A stretch of 49,788 nt of DNA, from positions 1 through 49,788 of the IMG/VR virus record IMGVR_UViG_2718217868_000004. The stretch is one strand, 5' to 3'. The DNA is from a virus (lineage: Duplodnaviria; Heunggongvirae; Uroviricota; Caudoviricetes). The position numbers and the translations under genes were made by a program. Under the pieces are notes generated by a model, which did not search any database, was not told the DNA's origin, and was given only the letters and a program-made list of their open reading frames with translations. Below, one piece after another: positions 44,045 through 49,788 of the stretch; position 1 is the stretch's first letter; the number at the start of each line of letters is the position of its first letter.

Positions 44045-46954
44045 ATGGAATTTTTCCATCTGATAAAAGCCAGTCAGAAGTCTGGCAAGAAAGATGCAGT
44101 GATTTGGTTCACTGCGAAAAGTGTAGCGCGCGCCAATCTCCAACTCGATGTGGCACTGGAAGAAGCCGGAATTGAAGAAACTGGCCGCGGTAAAGATTAT
44201 GCCAAACCAATCCGCACCGATTTCCCGGTATATGACGACCTGCCGGAAGAAGGCGCAGTGGATTACACCTGGTGCGAACGCTACGAACTGCAGAACGATG
44301 ACCGCACCTGGCTGCCAAAAGTCACAGCTGAAAACTCTGACGAGAAAACGGCTCAGACCGTTGATAGTCACATAACTACTGAGTCAACGCTGCCAGAAAC
44401 CGCTGGCATCACGCTGGACGAACACGACGACGACTCAACCCTCTACCCGGTAGTGCAGATGCCGTTTCGTAAGCAACTGCTTTCCCAGTTCACCGCCGAC
44501 GAACTGCGCCACCACGTAACCCACGAAGAGTACGAAGCTATCGGCGCGCTGGAGATGGACACTGATAACAGTTACGTCCAGAACTTGCTGTTAGCTGCTG
44601 AGAACTGCCCGGAAGTGAAGGGTTACGACACCAAAGACCTGTGGCGCTACACCGATGCCATTCGCAAAGTGTTCAGCCAGGACAAGCGTCACGAACTCGC
44701 GCTGGTACTCCGTTTCACCAGAATGTGGGCGGCGACTGATTACATTGACCGTGGCATCCTGGCGCGTGAATGGGCCGCCGGTAATCGCATCAGTAGTGTG
44801 CAGCGTACTGATTCCGGCACTAATGCCGACGGCGGTTACGTCACTGACCGTGGACCTGACGCACACCACACACTGGACACTCTCGATTTAGAGATTGCGT
44901 GTGCCCTTCTGCCTATGGACTTCAACCACTTCGAGATCCCGGGCAGCATTCTTCGTCGCGCTAAAGAAATCGTGACCAAAAAAGAAGAACCATGGAAATC
45001 ATGGAGCAACATCCTGCGCAATCAGCCAGGCGTTCTGGGTGTTAACCGCACGGCTATTTTTAACCTGGTACGTATCGCACCGGAAAATATTCATTTAACT
45101 CCTGTCGCTCACCTGGAATTTGTTAACCAGACCATGACAGCCGCGTTCAATTCCGCGGTCGAGTTATTGCCGTTGCATGAGGCTGAACCCGCAGCACAGG
45201 AAATTCCCCAACCTGAAGGTAAGGAGTCTCCGCGCAAATCCTTCTGCACTCACGAAGAGAACCTGCAACGCGTGCGTGAAGAAGGAGCACGCCGCCGCGC
45301 AGAGGAAGCGGCAGCACAACCGCAGAAAGTCGAACAAGAACTGGTTAAAAATGTCGGCAACGGAATATTCGACGTTACGGCTTTGCTGCAGAACTCAGCA
45401 ACTCATGGCACGAAAAAGGCTACGGAGACCACCAGCAATGTGCAGGTTCAAGAAACTGTCAGTGATGAAAAACAAGCTGGTGATGAAGTACAGCCAGGCG
45501 AAAGCAGTCTGGAGTCTGGTGAAGAGTCAGATACCAGCCAGAAGGACGATGTAGACCAGAATACGGATTCTGTCGCCAAAAATAGCGATTCTGTAAGCCA
45601 AACCGAACCAGTTGCAGCACAAACCGAGCCAGAAGCGCAATCTGACGAACCAGCTGTTGTTTATCCCGCTTATTTCGAGCCAGGCCGCTATGAAGGGCTG
45701 CCAAACGAGGTTTACCACGCCGCCAACGGCATCAGCTCAACCCAGGTGAAAGATGCGCGCGTTTCGCTGATGTACTTCAATGCGCGCCACGTAGAGAAAA
45801 CCATCGTCAAAGAGCGCTCAGCGGTGCTGGACATGGGCAACTTGGTGCATGCGCTGGCGTTGCAGCCAGAACAGCTCGATGAAGAATTTAGCGTTGAACC
45901 CGTAATTCCGGAAGGTGCATTTACCACCACGGCAACGATCCGCGCGTTTATTGATGAGTACAACGCCAGCCTGCCAGCGCAACTGAGCGCAGACGATATC
46001 AAAGCTTTGCTGGATGAATACAACGCCACCCTGCCAGCGCTGGTGCCGCTGGGCGCTAGCCTGGATGAAACGGCGCAGAACTATATGGCGCTGCCAGCTG
46101 AATTCCAACGTATCGATGCAGATCAGAAGAAGACAGCAACAGCAATGAAGGCGTGCATCAAAGAGTACAACGCCACCCTGCCAGCGCAGATTAAAACCAG
46201 CGGCAGCCGCGACGTACTACTCGAACAACTTGCGATTATCAATCCTGACCTGGTCGCGCAGGAAGCTCAGAAGCTGCAACCGCTGAAAGTCTCTGGCACG
46301 AAGGCCGATCTGATTCAGGCCGTGAAGGCAGTCAAACCAGATGCAGTGTTCGCCGACGAGCTGCTCGATGCTTGGCGCAACAACCCGGAAGGGAAAGTGC
46401 TGGTTACCCACCAGCAACTTGCCACCGCGCAGGCAATTCAGTCAGCACTGCTCTCGCACCCGACCGCCGGCATGCTGCTGACCCACCCTAGCCGAGCCGT
46501 TGAGGTGAGCTACTTTGGTTTTGACGAGGAGACGGGCTTGGAAGTTCGTGTGCGCCCTGACCTTGAGATCGACCTGGATGGCGTGCGTATAGGTGCAGAC
46601 CTGAAAACCATCAGCATGTGGAATGTTAAGCAGGAAAGCCTGCGCGCCAGGCTACACCGGGAAATTATTGAACGTGATTATCACCTGAGCGCGGCTATGT
46701 ACTGCGAAACCGCAGCGCTGGATCAGTTCTTCTGGATTTTCGTCAACAAAGACGAGAACTACCACTGGATCGCCATCATCGAGGCATCCGCTGAACTACT
46801 GGAGCTGGGTATGCTCGAGTACCGCAAAGCGATGCGCAATATCGCAACCGGATTCGACACAGGTGAATGGCCAGCGCCAATCACTGCTGACTACACCGAC
46901 GAACTGAACGACTTCGACCTGCGCCGCCTTGAAGCGCTGCGTACTCAGGCATAA
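44045..46954 (+). CDS. recE: Exodeoxyribonuclease VIII (RecE-like)
   Basis: 969 aa; several N-terminal blocks resemble E. coli Rac RecE as remembered (e.g. DFPVYDDLPEEGAVDYTWCERYELQ, ATDYIDRGILAREWAAGNRISS); C-terminal nuclease-like domain. Confidence 0.8.
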   Translation: MEFFHLIKASQKSGKKDAVIWFTAKSVARANLQLDVALEEAGIEETGRGKDYAKPIRTDFPVYDDLPEEGAVDYTWCERYELQNDDRTWLPKVTAENSDEKTAQTVDSHITTESTLPETAGITLDEHDDDSTLYPVVQMPFRKQLLSQFTADELRHHVTHEEYEAIGALEMDTDNSYVQNLLLAAENCPEVKGYDTKDLWRYTDAIRKVFSQDKRHELALVLRFTRMWAATDYIDRGILAREWAAGNRISSVQRTDSGTNADGGYVTDRGPDAHHTLDTLDLEIACALLPMDFNHFEIPGSILRRAKEIVTKKEEPWKSWSNILRNQPGVLGVNRTAIFNLVRIAPENIHLTPVAHLEFVNQTMTAAFNSAVELLPLHEAEPAAQEIPQPEGKESPRKSFCTHEENLQRVREEGARRRAEEAAAQPQKVEQELVKNVGNGIFDVTALLQNSATHGTKKATETTSNVQVQETVSDEKQAGDEVQPGESSLESGEESDTSQKDDVDQNTDSVAKNSDSVSQTEPVAAQTEPEAQSDEPAVVYPAYFEPGRYEGLPNEVYHAANGISSTQVKDARVSLMYFNARHVEKTIVKERSAVLDMGNLVHALALQPEQLDEEFSVEPVIPEGAFTTTATIRAFIDEYNASLPAQLSADDIKALLDEYNATLPALVPLGASLDETAQNYMALPAEFQRIDADQKKTATAMKACIKEYNATLPAQIKTSGSRDVLLEQLAIINPDLVAQEAQKLQPLKVSGTKADLIQAVKAVKPDAVFADELLDAWRNNPEGKVLVTHQQLATAQAIQSALLSHPTAGMLLTHPSRAVEVSYFGFDEETGLEVRVRPDLEIDLDGVRIGADLKTISMWNVKQESLRARLHREIIERDYHLSAAMYCETAALDQFFWIFVNKDENYHWIAIIEASAELLELGMLEYRKAMRNIATGFDTGEWPAPITADYTDELNDFDLRRLEALRTQA

Positions 46955-46959
46955 GGGGA

Positions 46960-48078
46960 ATGATGATGGAAAACACGAATATCGTAACCGCTGAACAGCA
47001 GACTCCAAACACGATCTCAGCCAGCAATGCCATTTTCAACGTGCAGGCTTTAACCCAGCTTCAGTCTGTCGCCGGGTTGATGGCACAGGCAGCCGTAACG
47101 GTGCCTGAGCACCTCCGCGGCAATCCGGCAGACTGCATGGCCATCATCATGCAGGCGATGCAGTGGGGTATGAACCCTTACGCCGTGGCGCAAAAGACGC
47201 ACCTGGTTAACGGTGTCCTGGGATACGAAGCGCAACTGGTTAATGCGGTAATCTCCAGCTCAAACGCCATCGTTGGCCGCTTTCACTATGAGTACGAGGG
47301 CGACTGGTCGAAATGTGCCAGCAGCCGCGAGATAACCGTTAAAAAGCCTGCGAAAGGTGGCGGGACGTACGACAAGAAAGAAATGGTACGCGGTTGGGAA
47401 AGTGCTGATGAACAAGGACTGTCGGTACGGGTAGGTGCCGTTATTCGCGGTGAAAGTGATATCACCTGGGGAGAGCCTGTTTTCCTCTCCAGCGTAATCA
47501 CACGTAATTCTCCACTTTGGGTATCAAACCCGAAACAGCAGATCGCTTATCTGGCACTCAAATACTGGGCGCGCCTGTATTGCCCTGCAGTTGTTCTTGG
47601 TGTGTACACCCCTGATGAGATTGAACAGCGCACAGAAAAAGAGATCAACCCAACGCCGCAACGCGTTAGCCTGGCTGATATCTCAGGTGACACCGTCACA
47701 ACCACGCAAAGCGCACAGGAATCGTCGGTAAATGTCGACTCTCTTGCCGATGATTTCCGCGAACGCATCGAATCTGCTCAGGACGTGGATAGCGCCAAAT
47801 CGCTGCGTGCCGACATTGAAACGGCGAAAGCTACGCTGGGATCCGCACTATTCACCGAGCTGAAAAACAAAGCCGTAAAGCGTTATTACCTAGTGGATGC
47901 ACGCAACAAGGTTGAGGAGGCTATTAAATCCCTGCCCCAGCCCGACGAGCCGCATGCAGCCGAACGGTTCGCTGAAGCCGAGCGCATGCTTGCATCTTCA
48001 AAGCGTCACTTAGGCGATGAACTGCACGATCAATTCAGCATCACCCTGGCGGATATGAAACCGGAATACGTGGCCTGA
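46960..48078 (+). CDS. RecT/Bet-family single-strand annealing protein (partner of RecE)
   Basis: 372 aa immediately after recE; segment AIIMQAMQWGMNPY...NGVLGYEAQ resembles the conserved core of lambda Bet and RecT; longer than Rac RecT. Confidence 0.55.
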   Translation: MMMENTNIVTAEQQTPNTISASNAIFNVQALTQLQSVAGLMAQAAVTVPEHLRGNPADCMAIIMQAMQWGMNPYAVAQKTHLVNGVLGYEAQLVNAVISSSNAIVGRFHYEYEGDWSKCASSREITVKKPAKGGGTYDKKEMVRGWESADEQGLSVRVGAVIRGESDITWGEPVFLSSVITRNSPLWVSNPKQQIAYLALKYWARLYCPAVVLGVYTPDEIEQRTEKEINPTPQRVSLADISGDTVTTTQSAQESSVNVDSLADDFRERIESAQDVDSAKSLRADIETAKATLGSALFTELKNKAVKRYYLVDARNKVEEAIKSLPQPDEPHAAERFAEAERMLASSKRHLGDELHDQFSITLADMKPEYVA

Positions 48079-48116
48079 CGAAACCGGGAGGGGTAACCCT
48101 CCCTCAAGGAGATTAT

Positions 48117-48359
48117 ATGCGACTGATCAATCGAGGAAGTAAGCAATCACCTTTAGCTCGCCAAGCATGCGACATCGCGCTGGCAGCTCACTTGCAAACA
48201 TATGGCGACTATGGGCGAAGCAAGATGAAAGAGACTTATACGGTGAAGGTTGAAGGCGTGAAAGTCTGGGTGGAGGTGGTGAACCGAAAGGCGAGCTACG
48301 TGGCCACAGCGATGACCGGCATGCGCCGTCTCCGCTCCCTGCCCGGGCAGGTTGGTTGA
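48117..48359 (+). CDS. Hypothetical small protein
   Basis: 80-aa ORF with AAGGAG RBS after a GNRA-loop hairpin. Confidence 0.4.
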   Translation: MRLINRGSKQSPLARQACDIALAAHLQTYGDYGRSKMKETYTVKVEGVKVWVEVVNRKASYVATAMTGMRRLRSLPGQVG

Positions 48360-48400
48360 AAAAGATTTTGAATGGCCCGAACGGGCAACTGGAGAGAGCT

Positions 48401-48598
48401 ATGGATGATATTTTGGTAACGTCAGACCTGACCAGTCGCTACAAAATTTCACGCAAAACCCTTTGGTCATGGCAAAGTGCAGACACAATGCCTCGGGGCT
48501 TCGTATGCCCGTTCCCACCCCCTGACTGGCCCGGCAACCCTAACCGCTGGCGCTCTGAGTCAATCAAAGAGTGGGAGGATAAAAAGAAGATAAATTAA
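48401..48598 (+). CDS. Excisionase / AlpA-family DNA-binding protein (track ORF starts at 48356)
   Basis: 65 aa from the ATG with GGAGAGAG RBS; pattern ...[10 protein letters not shown]...[10 protein letters not shown] is typical of AlpA/Xis HTH proteins. Confidence 0.6.
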
Positions 48599-49788
48599 CT
48601 GAAGGGCTCTCCGATGATCTCTTCAAGATGGCTCTGCCAAACGCGGAGCCAGTGTTTCTGATCATCGATATAGTCATGAAGGTTGTAATGCGCCATAACC
48701 CCCACCATCTGATGCCCGAGCAGCTTTTCAATTACGTGCGGCGGGCAACCTAACTCAGAGAGATTTGTGGCTATCGTCCGCCTCATATCATGAAGCGACC
48801 ACTCTGCCATACCTGTTCCATTCCAAATAGAACGGGCGTAATTGGATGCCACAGGTGAATGAACGGGCGAATCTTTGATCCCGCCATCAATTTTACGTTG
48901 TGAAGTCACCAGGTGATTGGTGTTTATTTTCTTGAGGTGATTTCTGACCAGGTTAACGGCGGCGTCTGAGAGTCCCCTTCTAATATGTACCCGAGTTTTA
49001 TAACTGCCCGCAGGCACGACCCACTCATTATCATCCAATCGAAACCATGATCTCTCACTAAGTCGAATCTCAGCCGTACGGCATCCGGTAAGCATAATAA
49101 ATTTCACCAGGAAAACGGACTCTATCGACATATGGCTTTTCAACCACTGATAGATTTTGCGCAGATCGTCATCGTCCATCCTGCGAGTTCTCTTTTTAGG
49201 CTTTTGCCCGACATCAGATGGCAGTAATCCCTCGAGTGGGTTTGAGGCGATCACACTTCTGTTAACGCAGAACCTAAACGCCCGTTTGCACAGCGAAAGC
49301 ATGTAATGAGCCATCACCCTGCTTTCTATAGAATCGAAGACGTTGATCCAGTGCATTTTCGCTGTGTTATCGACTTTGACATTCTTCATCGGTTCGGCGA
49401 TATGTTTCTCAAACACCTGGCGATAGTAATCGACTTTAACTAGCCCGTTAGCGATACAGTGCCTTTCAATCCAGTAATTGAACGCTTCGGCAACGGACAT
49501 CGCTTCCTGTCGGGTCTGCTTATCCAGCTTCACCTGCTCTCGCGGATCCAGTCCCTCAGTTAACCAGTTTCTGAATTGTTGGCGACGCTCTCTTGCCTGG
49601 GTGATACTCATTGCAGGATAATCACCAACATTGAGTTTTACCGCTTTACCGGCCCAGCGATACCGATAGAAAAATGATATTTTTCCGGCCTGGCTGATTC
49701 TGGCGTTGAGCCCGTGCGAATCAGAAATAATCTCGATATCATCTCTTTTCTTGCCGAGCGCCTTCCTGAGCTTTGTGTCGGTGATCAT
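48595..49788 (-). CDS. Tyrosine integrase (P4-like family)
   Basis: 397 aa; N-terminal arm-binding-like region and C-terminal catalytic region with HxxR...Y signature (AHYNLHDY); gene start coincides with the window end. Confidence 0.9.

Noticed and set aside
48086-48103. GGGAGGG-GTAA-CCCTCCC hairpin after the RecT-like gene as an intrinsic terminator
   Set aside because: Stable GNRA-loop hairpin but not followed by a U-run, and a gene with a good RBS starts immediately after; more likely an RNA stability or processing element than a terminator.
1-49788. tRNA genes, attachment-site direct repeats, insertion sequences
   Set aside because: No tRNA-like cloverleaf or transposase ORF with terminal inverted repeats seen; integrase and invertase sit at the window edges, so the att sites are expected outside the window and cannot be assessed.

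Overview
The window is the interior of a near-complete lambdoid (siphovirus-type) prophage, cut at gene boundaries: it starts at the stop codon of a DNA invertase gene and ends at the start codon of a tyrosine integrase gene, so both attachment sites lie outside. Right to left on the minus strand it carries the early-right and late operons: Cro/YdaS-like and YdaT-like regulators, lambda O/P-type replication genes with ori iterons inside O, a nin-like region (Ren-like, HNH, orphan C5 cytosine methyltransferase, RusA), antiterminator Q, a lysis cassette (holin, SAR endolysin, Rz/Rz1), terminase, portal, head genes, a lambda-like tail (major tail, G/GT chaperones with a -1 frameshift site, tape measure, M, L, K, I, J), a side tail fiber and an invertible tail-fiber segment next to the invertase. 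On the plus strand sit the CI repressor operon and a Rac-like early-left operon (RecE, a RecT/Bet-like annealing protein, excisionase). Against this conserved backbone there are several accessory insertions of unknown function. The most interesting are two cargo genes (a KilA-N protein and a 126-aa protein) co-transcribed with cI in the position lambda uses for rexAB, a three-gene cassette between the tape measure and M, two genes between the major tail gene and the G chaperone, a tandem pair of HExxH proteins between the lysis cassette and terminase, and a small lipoprotein next to the tail fiber genes. All calls rest on reading the sequence and the ORF track and on remembered family features; no database search was run. 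Coordinates derived by hand (terminators, operators, repeats) may be off by about 1 bp.
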